Under the pieces are notes generated by a model. The model ran no database searches. It saw only the letters and a list, made by a program, of their open reading frames with translations, and was not told the DNA's origin. The position numbers and the translations under genes were made by a program. A stretch of DNA of 64,000 nucleotides from Candidatus Microgenomatus sp. (GTDB lineage Bacteria; Patescibacteriota; Minisyncoccia; UBA6257; GWB1-50-10): positions 111,157 through 175,156 of the forward strand of contig DYGI01000001.1 in NCBI GenBank assembly GCA_020724805.1, read 5' to 3'. Below are positions 9,246-18,415 of the stretch, in pieces (position 1 is the stretch's first letter; each line of letters opens with the position of its first letter).

Positions 9246-11000
9246 ATGGAAACCAAAATGCCAAAACCGTACGAACCCTCTTCGGAGGACACCCGCAGCG
9301 TTATCGCGCCGGCGGGAGCCGAGATGTCGTCGAACTATTTGAAGCTTGGGGATTACTACGCAAAAACGCTTTTTGTGTTCACCTATCCGCGCTACGTGGC
9401 AAGCGGGTGGTTTTCGCCGCTCATCAACCTCCCTGACATGCTCGATATTTCCATTTTCGTGCACCCCACCGATACCGGGGTAGCGCTGCGAAATCTCAGG
9501 AAAAAAGTTGCGCAAGTGCAGGCGGAGATGATGGAACGCGAAGAAAAGGGATTCGTGCGCGATCCCGTGCTCGAGACCGCATACCATGACCTTGAAAACC
9601 TCCGCGATACGCTCCAGCAGGCGCAGGAAAAGCTCTTTAAAGTGGGAGTCTACATCACGCTCTATGGAAAGTCTCCCGAAGAACTTTCAAAGCTTGAGGA
9701 TAAAATACAGTCCATTTTGGAATCCAAGCTGGTGAACATAAAACCGGCGCTCTTCCGCCAAGACGAAGGGTTTCTCTCGGTACTCCCTACCGGCTCGGAC
9801 AAACTCGAGATCAATACCCCCATGAACTCGGGGCCTGCATCTTCGCTTTTCCCGTTCGTATCGCCGGACCTCACTTCCGACAAGGGAATTCTCTACGGCA
9901 TCAATCTTCATAATCAATCACTCATCATTTTTGACCGTTTTTCCCTCGAGAATGCGAATGCGGTGGTGTTCGCGAAGTCCGGTTCCGGAAAGTCCTATGC
10001 GACAAAACTCGAGATTTTGCGCTCCATGATGATGGGTACGGACATGATCGTTATTGACCCGGAGAATGAGTACCAAAATCTCGCGAACGCGGTCGGGGGA
10101 AGTTATTTCAAAATCTCTCTCACCTCCCCAAGCCATATCAACCCCTTCGATATCCCGCTGATTCCTGAGGGAGAGGAACCGTCCGACGTGTTCAAATCCC
10201 ACATTTTAAACCTCACCGGCCTCGTGAAGCTCATGCTCGGTACGGTCACGCCGGAAGAAGATTCACTCCTCGACCGCGCCATTACGGAAACCTACGCATC
10301 CCGCGACATCAACGCGGAAAATTTTGGAAGCATCAAAGAATTGAATCCTCCTCTCCTTGAAGACCTTCAAACGGTGCTCGCGAATACCGAGGGAGGAAGG
10401 TCCATCGCCACTCGTCTTGAAAAATTTGTGAAGGGTTCGTATGCGGGATTTACGAACGCGCCCACGAACATCGACGTAAAGAATCGGCTGATTGTGTTCT
10501 CTATCCGCGACCTTGAAGAGGAGCTTCGCCCTATCGCGATGTATATCGTATTGAACTTCGTGTGGAACTTGGTTCGTTCCGAACTCAAGCGCCGCCTCCT
10601 TATCATCGACGAGGCGTGGTGGATGATGAAATATAAGGATTCCGCATCGTTCCTCTTCGGCCTCGTAAAGCGCGCTCGAAAATACTACCTCGGCATCACC
10701 ACCATCACTCAAGATGTGGAGGACTTCCTTCGGTCCGAATACGGCCGCCCTATCGTCACCAACTCTTCCATTCAACTCCTCATGAAACAATCGCCCACGT
10801 CCATTGAAGCGGTCGCGTCCGCATTCGACCTCACCGAGGGTGAGAAAATGCTCCTCCTTGAAGCGGGGGTTGGCGAGGGGCTTTTCTTTGCGGGTTTGAA
10901 ACATGTGGCGGTAAAAATCATCGCGTCCTACACCGAAGATCAGATTATCACCACGAATCCGGAGCAAATGCTCGAAATAAAAGGATTACGGAAGGAGTGA
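9246..11000 (+). CDS. VirB4/TrbE/CagE-family type IV secretion ATPase (C-terminal ATPase part)
   Basis: 584 aa; Walker A FAKSGSGKSYAT, Walker B LLIIDEAWWM (the DEAW motif characteristic of VirB4/TraC). Confidence 0.8.
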   Translation: METKMPKPYEPSSEDTRSVIAPAGAEMSSNYLKLGDYYAKTLFVFTYPRYVASGWFSPLINLPDMLDISIFVHPTDTGVALRNLRKKVAQVQAEMMEREEKGFVRDPVLETAYHDLENLRDTLQQAQEKLFKVGVYITLYGKSPEELSKLEDKIQSILESKLVNIKPALFRQDEGFLSVLPTGSDKLEINTPMNSGPASSLFPFVSPDLTSDKGILYGINLHNQSLIIFDRFSLENANAVVFAKSGSGKSYATKLEILRSMMMGTDMIVIDPENEYQNLANAVGGSYFKISLTSPSHINPFDIPLIPEGEEPSDVFKSHILNLTGLVKLMLGTVTPEEDSLLDRAITETYASRDINAENFGSIKELNPPLLEDLQTVLANTEGGRSIATRLEKFVKGSYAGFTNAPTNIDVKNRLIVFSIRDLEEELRPIAMYIVLNFVWNLVRSELKRRLLIIDEAWWMMKYKDSASFLFGLVKRARKYYLGITTITQDVEDFLRSEYGRPIVTNSSIQLLMKQSPTSIEAVASAFDLTEGEKMLLLEAGVGEGLFFAGLKHVAVKIIASYTEDQIITTNPEQMLEIKGLRKE

Positions 11001-11001
11001 T

Positions 11002-11502
11002 ATGAGCACGCCAAAATTCAACCTTATCGAGATAATTTTGGGGAGCATGGTAGCGCTCCTTATCGATATTGTGAGCATCTTCGCGGACCTTCTCGCGGGC
11101 GTCGGAGGGTTTATAGTGCAATCGCTCTCATGGCTCCTTTTCACACTGTGGTTTCACTTGAAGGGCGCGAAGGCGACCGCATCGCTTGTAAGAAGATTTC
11201 TTATTCCCATTGCCGTGCAGATCGTTCCGGTCATTCCCACCCAGATATTCACCTTTCTCGTATCCGTTTATATGGAGAATCATCCGGAAAAATTCGGCTA
11301 CGTTACAACCGCGGTTTCCCTTGCTAAAATGGACATAAAGAAATTGAAAAACATAAAAGAAGCGGAAGGGACGATGGCTTCTATAAAAGAGGGGAGAACG
11401 CAATATCGCGCCGCGCGCCGGGAATTCCAAAGAGAGCGGGATGATTATTTTAAGGAAAAAAAGGAAGGGACAAATAACGAACTCTATAAAAAAGCGGCAT
11501 GA
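11002..11502 (+). CDS. small polytopic membrane protein of the T4SS-like locus
   Basis: 166 aa, 3-4 TM helices, basic C-terminal tail; start overlaps the VirB4 stop. Confidence 0.4.
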   Translation: MSTPKFNLIEIILGSMVALLIDIVSIFADLLAGVGGFIVQSLSWLLFTLWFHLKGAKATASLVRRFLIPIAVQIVPVIPTQIFTFLVSVYMENHPEKFGYVTTAVSLAKMDIKKLKNIKEAEGTMASIKEGRTQYRAARREFQRERDDYFKEKKEGTNNELYKKAA

Positions 11503-12173
11503 AAAAAATCGTCTTTACCATATTAGTAGTCCTCATTTCCCTCGCGGCGGGAGCTGCAGGAATTTTCGCACAAAGTCAGCCCACCCAAGCGTTCGTAACT
11601 TGGCGCGCCGAGAACTTTTACCCTTCGTATTTCGAAGGTCGAGTCCTTCCTTCCTCGGGATCTTCTGTATCTCTCGCGGTGGAAGTAACGCAGGGCGGAA
11701 TTTTACGAGACCTTGCGCAGGCGGACATTGGTTGGCAGGTGGACGGAAAATTCATCGGGAGCGGACGCGGAATGAAGCAGGCAAAATTCACTGCCACAAA
11801 GGGGAGTGGAAACTCTCATTTCGTTCGAGTGTCTATCGCGCAAAATAGCGAGCTCGTTGAAGTGTCAGTTCGCATTCCCACCACTGCGCCCACGGTGGTT
11901 ATCGATGCACCGTATGTCGACAAACGAGGCACGGAGGGGAAAATTACACTTTCTTCTCTCCCTTATTTTTTCAACGCCTCTTCACTCGACGATTTTCGCT
12001 TTTCGTGGACCATTGATGGGGAACGTAGAGAGGTTGGAAGCGATACTACCCTTACCATCGCCGACGCTGCAAGCATCGTCGCGCGAACTTTTCGTATAGA
12101 CCTCGAAGCCTTGAATACTTTAAACCCGATGGAAACCGCGACCGCACGAAACCAATTCGCGATTACCCCATGA
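11499..12173 (+). CDS. secreted protein of the T4SS-like locus
   Basis: 224 aa with signal peptide MKKIVFTILVVLISLAAGAAGIFA; 4-nt overlap with the previous gene. Confidence 0.4.
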   Translation: MKKIVFTILVVLISLAAGAAGIFAQSQPTQAFVTWRAENFYPSYFEGRVLPSSGSSVSLAVEVTQGGILRDLAQADIGWQVDGKFIGSGRGMKQAKFTATKGSGNSHFVRVSIAQNSELVEVSVRIPTTAPTVVIDAPYVDKRGTEGKITLSSLPYFFNASSLDDFRFSWTIDGERREVGSDTTLTIADAASIVARTFRIDLEALNTLNPMETATARNQFAITP

Positions 12174-12976
12174 AACTGACATACATCGCATTAGTTGCGG
12201 GAATTCCTCTCCTTATGATGTCGGGGTCGTTTCTTGCGAACGCCGCTTCGTTTGATCTGCCAGATATTTCATGTCCGGCAGGACTCAATTGCGCCACTCT
12301 CCCAAGCTCCGAAAGTATTACCGGGAACCCTCTCGCGGGAACCCCAGGAAACCCCGCGGCGTATATCGCGCGCCTTTATCAGATTGCACTTGCGATTGCC
12401 GGCATCCTTGCGGTTGCTATCATTGTGACCGGGTCTCTTTTCTATACTTTCGCGGGCGGAAACACCGATCGGCAACGGGAGGGGAAAGACATGATAACCT
12501 CCGCGCTCTGGGGCGTCGCCCTTCTCTTCGGTTCGTATCTCATTTTGAACACCATAAACCCCGAGCTCGTAACGCTAGACCCTTTGAGAGGGCCATACGC
12601 CAGCACCACAAGCGAACGTATCAGTTTCGCTGGTCAACTTGGAAAATGCTCGCCTGAGTCCATTACAGGACTCACGCTCTGCCCCCCAGGACAGGACGAA
12701 GACGATGTCCCTGGGTGCGTTGATGGTATTACATTGAACCTTAGATTTTCGGAGATGTCTTCACAGTGCAGCGGAAGGTTTAGAACGATTGGTGGAGCGA
12801 CATTCATTTATAACAAAACGAACCCAAGTTTACCCGCGGTGTGCCACCCGTTTTATAAAAAATACAGCGCAACAAGTACCCAAGATAGAGCGACATATAA
12901 CCCAGATGTCGAATCTCCAAAACTTAGTGAAGCAAGTAGTTGGAAGCCTGGGGAATGGCAATTTTGTGGTAGATAA
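12170..12976 (+). CDS. VirB2/TrbC-like pilin candidate with Cys-rich C-terminal extension
   Basis: 268 aa; signal peptide, then two closely spaced hydrophobic helices (IALAIAGILAVAIIVTGSLFY ... ALWGVALLFGSYLILNTI) as in VirB2/TrbC pilins, followed by a Cys-containing domain. Confidence 0.4.
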   Translation: MKLTYIALVAGIPLLMMSGSFLANAASFDLPDISCPAGLNCATLPSSESITGNPLAGTPGNPAAYIARLYQIALAIAGILAVAIIVTGSLFYTFAGGNTDRQREGKDMITSALWGVALLFGSYLILNTINPELVTLDPLRGPYASTTSERISFAGQLGKCSPESITGLTLCPPGQDEDDVPGCVDGITLNLRFSEMSSQCSGRFRTIGGATFIYNKTNPSLPAVCHPFYKKYSATSTQDRATYNPDVESPKLSEASSWKPGEWQFCGR

Positions 12977-12982
12977 TATTCC

Positions 12983-14110
12983 ATGAAACCTGTTTATAAA
13001 ATACTCATTTCGCTTGGCGCGATCATTGCCGTTAGTGCCGCAGGATATTTTATTTGGTGGCTTTTCATCGATGCCCCTACGGATACCGGCCCTTCTCCGG
13101 ACGGTTCTCTTCCATCTAGTGCCGGTTCCGCTTCAACCTCCACTTCTTCCTCTGGAGAAATTTCCGATTCCTTGTTTGCAACACCGCGCGCGCTTTCGGA
13201 CCGCACCATTTTCGATTACTGGCTTGTTCCTGAAACCGGAGAAGTCTATTACTTCACATCCGAGGGGTATGTGTATGCGGTGAAACAAGGTCCTGACCTG
13301 GAAATTTCCCGTCAATCTATTGTGTCGCTGAACCGAACTGAACCTTCTCCCGATGGACGTAAAGTGCTTGTCTCATTTGGAAATCCCAATGACCCGCAAT
13401 GGGCGATATTCGATTCCGTCGATGCGGTGTGGCGCCCCTTGCCGCGTGAAATAGTCAACGCCGGGTGGGGGAGGGCCTCGAACGAACTTATCGCGTCGGT
13501 AAGAAACGGAAACGAGATAAATCTCTCGCTGGTGGACATATCAAAGACCCCGAATTCCTATACCGTTATCCTTCGAAGTTTTGCCGTTGAAGGAGTGTCT
13601 TTTTTTGCTCTCACCGAGGGGAATATTGGGATAGCAGAAAGAGCCTCTTCGTATGCGGGGGGGCGAGTGTGGAGTTTAAATCCTACCTCTAAAACACTTA
13701 CCCTTCTCCTTGCGCCAGCGCTCGGGCGTACCGTGAAAGTGGACATTAAAGAAAATGTGAGTTATCTCGGAAGCGCCGAGGGATTCTCCTTTGCGGACCG
13801 CTCACTCCAAAACGCTTTTCCTTTCTTTCTTAATACTCTCCCGGACAAATGCGCAGCACACGCGAGCACCACATACTGCTTCGTGCCAAGGAATTTGAGC
13901 GAGCGAGTAACGTTCCCGGACGATTACTTTATGCATGCGTTTTACAGTATAGATTCTCTTTATCAAATCGCGCATGGTGATGGAACTATTACACCTTTTA
14001 TTTTAGGAGATGTTTCTTTCGATGCTTCCCGCGTGCGCGCACAAAAAAATACGGTCTACTTTATAGACCGCTACACCTCGCTTCTTTACGCGCTCGCAGT
14101 CGCTCAATAG
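12983..14110 (+). CDS. N-anchored secreted protein with Ser/Thr-rich linker
   Basis: 375 aa; N-terminal TM/signal anchor, S/T-rich linker, C-terminal beta-rich domain; last gene of the co-directional block. Confidence 0.4.
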   Translation: MKPVYKILISLGAIIAVSAAGYFIWWLFIDAPTDTGPSPDGSLPSSAGSASTSTSSSGEISDSLFATPRALSDRTIFDYWLVPETGEVYYFTSEGYVYAVKQGPDLEISRQSIVSLNRTEPSPDGRKVLVSFGNPNDPQWAIFDSVDAVWRPLPREIVNAGWGRASNELIASVRNGNEINLSLVDISKTPNSYTVILRSFAVEGVSFFALTEGNIGIAERASSYAGGRVWSLNPTSKTLTLLLAPALGRTVKVDIKENVSYLGSAEGFSFADRSLQNAFPFFLNTLPDKCAAHASTTYCFVPRNLSERVTFPDDYFMHAFYSIDSLYQIAHGDGTITPFILGDVSFDASRVRAQKNTVYFIDRYTSLLYALAVAQ

Positions 14111-14112
14111 GT

Positions 14113-14541
14113 CTACGCAAGGCGCTTGATAATCACGCGCCTCTCCTTTCCTGTACCCACGCTCTCGGTGGTGAGTTCGGGGTGGGTAGCTATCTCTACG
14201 TGCACAAGTCTCCGTTCGTATCCATTCATGGGAGGGAGTTCCACTTCCTCTTTTGTGGTAACCGCCTTTCGCGCCGCTGCGCGGGCAAGTTCCGCAATGA
14301 GCCGCTCGCGTTCCTTCCGATAATAGTTCAAATCCACCACGTAAAGCGGAAGTTTTTCGCGCCGCATGATAAGGCTGACCACGTGTTCGAGTGCGGGAAG
14401 CATAAAACCTATTTCTTCGCGCGTAAGACCGTCGCCGATATGTACGCCGATTTTCCGGTGTTCTTCCTCGACCTCTACGCGAACTTCCGTAAAGCCCATG
14501 GAGGCGACGAGCGTGCGAATTTTTTCCGTTATTTGTTCCAT
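14113..14541 (-). CDS. jag: Jag/KhpB-like RNA-binding protein (KH + R3H)
   Basis: 142 aa with a C-terminal R3H-like segment (GYERRLVHVEIA) and the conserved position downstream of yidC. Confidence 0.75.
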   Translation of the reverse strand: MEQITEKIRTLVASMGFTEVRVEVEEEHRKIGVHIGDGLTREEIGFMLPALEHVVSLIMRREKLPLYVVDLNYYRKERERLIAELARAAARKAVTTKEEVELPPMNGYERRLVHVEIATHPELTTESVGTGKERRVIIKRLA

Positions 14542-14551
14542 ATACGAATGT

Positions 14552-15223
14552 TTAGCTGGTGGAAATCTCTTTTTTGATGGTCTTATTGATCACAATCTGC
14601 TGTCCCACCGAAAAGACCGTAGACGCGACCCAATAAAGCCCGAGAGCCGAGGGGAGCGAGGTGAGCACAATGAGCGATATGGCGGGTCCGGCAAAAAGCG
14701 CGAAAAGCCGTGTCATTTTTGCGGCCCCCTCATTCGCCCCTTTCCCTTGCGGCATAAGCCGCGCCTGAATGTACTGAAGTCCTGCCGCGAGAAGCGCTAT
14801 CGCGATGCTCTTCTCATCAAGATTTATTAACCCAAGAAAGGTGTGTGAGTCAAATACCGCGTTTCCCAATTCTCGTGTGAATATCTGGAAAAGTGCGATG
14901 AAGATGGGGAGCTGAAGGAGAAGGAAAAAGATTCCGGAGAGAGGATTTACCTTATGCTCGCGATATAAGGCCATGAGGGCGCGCCCTTGCGCCTCACGAT
15001 CTCCTTTATGATTGTCTTGAATTTCCTTTACTTTCGGCTGAAGCGTCTGAAGAATGCTCTGATCTTTTGCGCTCTTCCAAAAAAGGGGGAGAAGGACTAT
15101 GCGAACCGCGATGGTGAGAAGAATTATGGAAATTCCTAGGTCGTGCGGGGGGACCACTTGATGTATCCATACCAACACCGCAAATACAGGTTCATAGATG
15201 TATGCGTGAAAAAGTGATGACAT
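14552..15223 (-). CDS. yidC: membrane protein insertase YidC (short Oxa1 type)
   Basis: 223 aa, 5 TM, conserved YidC core motifs (PLSGIFFLLLQLPIF); sits in the rnpA-yidC-jag cluster. Confidence 0.85.
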   Translation of the reverse strand: MSSLFHAYIYEPVFAVLVWIHQVVPPHDLGISIILLTIAVRIVLLPLFWKSAKDQSILQTLQPKVKEIQDNHKGDREAQGRALMALYREHKVNPLSGIFFLLLQLPIFIALFQIFTRELGNAVFDSHTFLGLINLDEKSIAIALLAAGLQYIQARLMPQGKGANEGAAKMTRLFALFAGPAISLIVLTSLPSALGLYWVASTVFSVGQQIVINKTIKKEISTS

Positions 15224-15236
15224 AAAAAGTGATGTG

Positions 15237-15491
15237 TCAGATTTTCAGAGCTTTTTGTAGTTCGTTAACTAACTCGGAAAATGGGGTGTCCGCCGCTTTC
15301 TCTGACGCGACGATTGTGGTGGGCCGCGTAGGCAATGTCCCGCCCTTTCTTAACGCGGCGCGAATCCGCCTCCGGATGCGGTTCCGTGTTACCGCGAGAG
15401 CCGCGTTTTTCCGGGGAACCACGATAATGAACGGGGTTTTGGTCCCTTGCGGCGCGGCGCGTATACGGAAAAGCGGGGAAGTCCCGCTCAT
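15237..15491 (-). CDS. rnpA: ribonuclease P protein component
   Basis: RNR motif region VTRNRIRRRIR; start trimmed to the internal ATG (MSGTSPLFRIR) that follows the rpmH stop by 1 nt. Confidence 0.8.
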   Translation of the reverse strand: MSGTSPLFRIRAAPQGTKTPFIIVVPRKNAALAVTRNRIRRRIRAALRKGGTLPTRPTTIVASEKAADTPFSELVNELQKALKI

Positions 15492-15492
15492 T

Positions 15493-15630
15493 TTACCGCG
15501 GCGCGAGGCGGCGACGCCCCTTCCGCCGCCTCCGGCGCAGCACCGAACGCCCATTAGAGGTTCTTGAGCGAACGAGGAACCCGTGGGTCTTCTTTCGCTT
15601 ACGGCGGTTCGGCTTATAAGTGAAACTCAT
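15493..15630 (-). CDS. rpmH: 50S ribosomal protein L34
   Basis: Hand translation of the minus strand gives [45 protein letters not shown]; not in the ORF track because it is <60 aa. Confidence 0.85.
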   Translation of the reverse strand: MSFTYKPNRRKRKKTHGFLVRSRTSNGRSVLRRRRRKGRRRLAPR

Positions 15631-15765
15631 AGCTTCACCAGCATACTAGAAAATACCCGAAAATTCAACGCGAAACGCTTACAAACCTTGTTCACACGCT
15701 ATGCACTCTTCACCCACATTCCAAACTTTTCCCGCATCTTGCTCCGCGCACGGAGCGCAGGTAGT

Positions 15766-17154
15766 ATGGTGGGTATTATGAACCCGAAAGAGCTGTGGAA
15801 GGCGACGTTGGGGGAGATAGAACTTCAAATCTCCAAACCGAATTTCAGTACGTGGCTTAAGAACAGCGAGTTGGTGGAGCGGAACGAACGCGAAGGTGTA
15901 GCGTTGGTGGGACTTCCTAATAATTTTGCGAAAGAGTGGGTTCGGAACCGTTACCACAAACTCATCCTTGGTTCCCTTCGTAATCTCGACAGCTCAATAC
16001 GGAACGTGGACTATGTTGTTCTGACGGGCGTGCGCGAAGTTCCCGCGCGCGTCGCTACTACCAAAGTTCCTGCGGCAACACCCCTTACCGACGAGCGGTC
16101 GCAGCTCCCTATAACCGAACTCAAAGTCGATCCGCTTACCAACCTTAATCCTCGATACACATTCGATACGTTCATTGTCGGCTCTTCGAACGAACTTGCG
16201 TACGCGGCGATTCAAGCGGTAATAGGCGCGGTCGGAAAAAAATACAATCCTCTTTTCATATACGGAGGAGTGGGACTTGGGAAAACCCATCTTCTTCAAG
16301 CGGCGGGAAACACGATTTCAAAAAACGTAGGGGGAAGAAACCGCGTGCTTTACGTGTCTTCAGAAAAATTCATCAATGATGTGGTGTGGGCGGTTCGCAA
16401 CAAAAGGATGGAGGATGTAAAGAAAAAGTACCGGGACGTGGACGTGCTCATTATCGACGACATCCAGTTTATTGGAGGAAAAACAACCACTGAACTTGAG
16501 TTTTTTTACACTTTTAACGCGCTTTATGAGCATTCAAAGCAAATAATCATCTCCTCAGACCGGCCTCCCGCCGCTATCCCCACCCTTGAGGAGAGGCTTC
16601 GCTCCCGCTTCGAGGGGGGCATGATAGCGGACATTACCTATCCGGACTACGAAATGCGCCTCGCTATCCTTCGCGCCAAACTTCAGGAACTCGGAACACC
16701 GCTCGACGATAAGGTCCTTACCCATATTGCGGCGAAAGTGCAGAAAAATATCCGGGAGCTCGAGGGCGTCCTCAATAAGGTTCTCTTCTTCCATCAACAT
16801 AAAGGGGGGGTCGATGTTAAAAAACTAGATGAGATAATTAATGAGACCACTCAAGTGACCGCAAAAAACGTGAGTGCGTCCGATGTTATTAAAACCGTTG
16901 CAGAGTTCTTTGAAGTTCCCATAACCGATCTTACGCAGCGCTCACGGAAGCAGGAGGTGGTGGAACCCCGCCAAATCGCCATGTTCCTTCTCCGGGACCT
17001 TCTTAAGCTCTCCTATCCCCATATCGGGGAGAAGTTGGGAAAACGGGACCACACGACCGCGATCCATGCATATGAGAAGATAAACAAAGAACTTAGCCAA
17101 AATCCTGCGCTCAACCAAAAAATAATGCTCATTAAAGAACGTGTGTATAAGTAG
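15766..17154 (+). CDS. dnaA: chromosomal replication initiator protein DnaA
   Basis: AAA+ Walker A GGVGLGKTHLL, Walker B LIIDDIQF, C-terminal DNA-binding helix; start moved to MVGIMNPKELW because the track start at 15583 overlaps rpmH. Confidence 0.9.
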   Translation: MVGIMNPKELWKATLGEIELQISKPNFSTWLKNSELVERNEREGVALVGLPNNFAKEWVRNRYHKLILGSLRNLDSSIRNVDYVVLTGVREVPARVATTKVPAATPLTDERSQLPITELKVDPLTNLNPRYTFDTFIVGSSNELAYAAIQAVIGAVGKKYNPLFIYGGVGLGKTHLLQAAGNTISKNVGGRNRVLYVSSEKFINDVVWAVRNKRMEDVKKKYRDVDVLIIDDIQFIGGKTTTELEFFYTFNALYEHSKQIIISSDRPPAAIPTLEERLRSRFEGGMIADITYPDYEMRLAILRAKLQELGTPLDDKVLTHIAAKVQKNIRELEGVLNKVLFFHQHKGGVDVKKLDEIINETTQVTAKNVSASDVIKTVAEFFEVPITDLTQRSRKQEVVEPRQIAMFLLRDLLKLSYPHIGEKLGKRDHTTAIHAYEKINKELSQNPALNQKIMLIKERVYK

Positions 17155-17305
17155 TTGCGACGGTACTTTCCCTTCCCCACCCTCACCGATTTTTTCCACA
17201 AGTTTTCCCACCCACTCACTAAAGAAAATTTGTTCACTGAATTGAAAAAAATGACATTTCCACATATGCACACCACCTACTACTTCTTCTACTGAATTTA
17301 TATAT
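17155..17305. other. candidate oriC (dnaA-dnaN intergenic): DnaA-box-like 9-mers plus an AT-rich unwinding element
   Basis: TTTTCCACA (17192-17200), GTTTTCCCA (17203-17211) and ATTTCCACA (17256-17264) are each 1-2 mismatches from TTATCCACA; an AT-rich run (TGAATTTATATATATGAAAATAATAG) lies at 17293-17318. Confidence 0.5.
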
Positions 17306-18415
17306 ATGAAAATAATAGTACTTAGAGGGAATCTTGTGGCAGGACTCGCTGCGGTCGAACGCGGAATTGGGGGGAGTGCAAATCTTCCTATCCTAAAAAA
17401 CGTTCTTATTTCAGCTCGTGAGGGAGGGATTTCATTCACCACCACCAATCTTGAACTTGCCATCACACACGAAGTGTCAGGAAAGGTTCTTGAACCGGGA
17501 GAAACCACGTGTCAGTTTGGGATACTGAATTCGATCGTAAAAAACGTCACTGCGGAGAGGATTACGCTCGAAAAATCAGGAAAAAAACTACTTCTCACCA
17601 CTGAGAATTACGAGGCGCAAATTCAAACACAAGACGCAAAAGAGTTTCCCTTGGTTCCGTCGGTATCGGAGAGCGCAAAAACCGCGGTATTCGGCGTGGA
17701 AACTCTTACCGATGCACTCCAAAGTGTGATCGTTGCGACTCAATACACCGATATTCGTCCGGAAATAAGCGGGGTATTGTTTCGTTTTCACGAAAGCGGA
17801 GTTACTTTTGTGGCGACCGACAGTTTTCGCCTCTCGGAGTACGTACTTGCGAGCAAGGAGCTCGCGGTGCACGGCATGGATGCGATAGTACCCCTTCGGA
17901 CCGCGGAAGAGCTTCTCCGTATAGTGCAAGGAGGAGTAAAAAATTCTTCAGTCGAGATAACCGTGGACACGAATCAGGTGTTGGTAAAAACAGCAGGAAC
18001 GCATATAGTTTCGCGGCTTATTGACGGGCGATTTCCAGAGTATCACGCGATCATTCCGAAGGAGGTCAAAAACGAAGCGACGGTGGCGCGAGAGGAGTTC
18101 ATGCAAGCCATCAAACTCACCAGCTCATTCTCAGGTCGGGCGAACGATATAGTGCTCGCGGTTTCCGACAACAAGAAATCGTTGGAACTTTTTTCGAGTG
18201 ATGCCTCTCTTGGAGAAAGTAGATACCATATCCCGCTAAAAATGAAGGGAGAGAAATTCTCCGTATCATTCAACTGGCGCTATCTCTTGGATGGGTTGCG
18301 GATCTATCGTGGTTCTTCAATAACGCTTGGTGTAAATACTCCCGACCGCCCCGCGGTCGTGAAAGACCCTTCCGCACCGCACCTCACCTATGTGGTGATG
18401 CCTATTAAGGCGTAG
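17306..18415 (+). CDS. dnaN: DNA polymerase III beta sliding clamp
   Basis: 369 aa, three-domain beta-clamp pattern; directly follows dnaA. Confidence 0.85.
   Translation: MKIIVLRGNLVAGLAAVERGIGGSANLPILKNVLISAREGGISFTTTNLELAITHEVSGKVLEPGETTCQFGILNSIVKNVTAERITLEKSGKKLLLTTENYEAQIQTQDAKEFPLVPSVSESAKTAVFGVETLTDALQSVIVATQYTDIRPEISGVLFRFHESGVTFVATDSFRLSEYVLASKELAVHGMDAIVPLRTAEELLRIVQGGVKNSSVEITVDTNQVLVKTAGTHIVSRLIDGRFPEYHAIIPKEVKNEATVAREEFMQAIKLTSSFSGRANDIVLAVSDNKKSLELFSSDASLGESRYHIPLKMKGEKFSVSFNWRYLLDGLRIYRGSSITLGVNTPDRPAVVKDPSAPHLTYVVMPIKA

Noticed and set aside
8339-9292. 317-aa minus-strand ORF
   Set aside because: Antisense to the VirB3-like/VirB4 genes; no motifs
15583-15765. N-terminal 61-aa extension of the dnaA ORF in the track
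   Set aside because: Overlaps the hand-identified rpmH on the other strand; conserved DnaA N-terminus starts at MVGIMNPKELW
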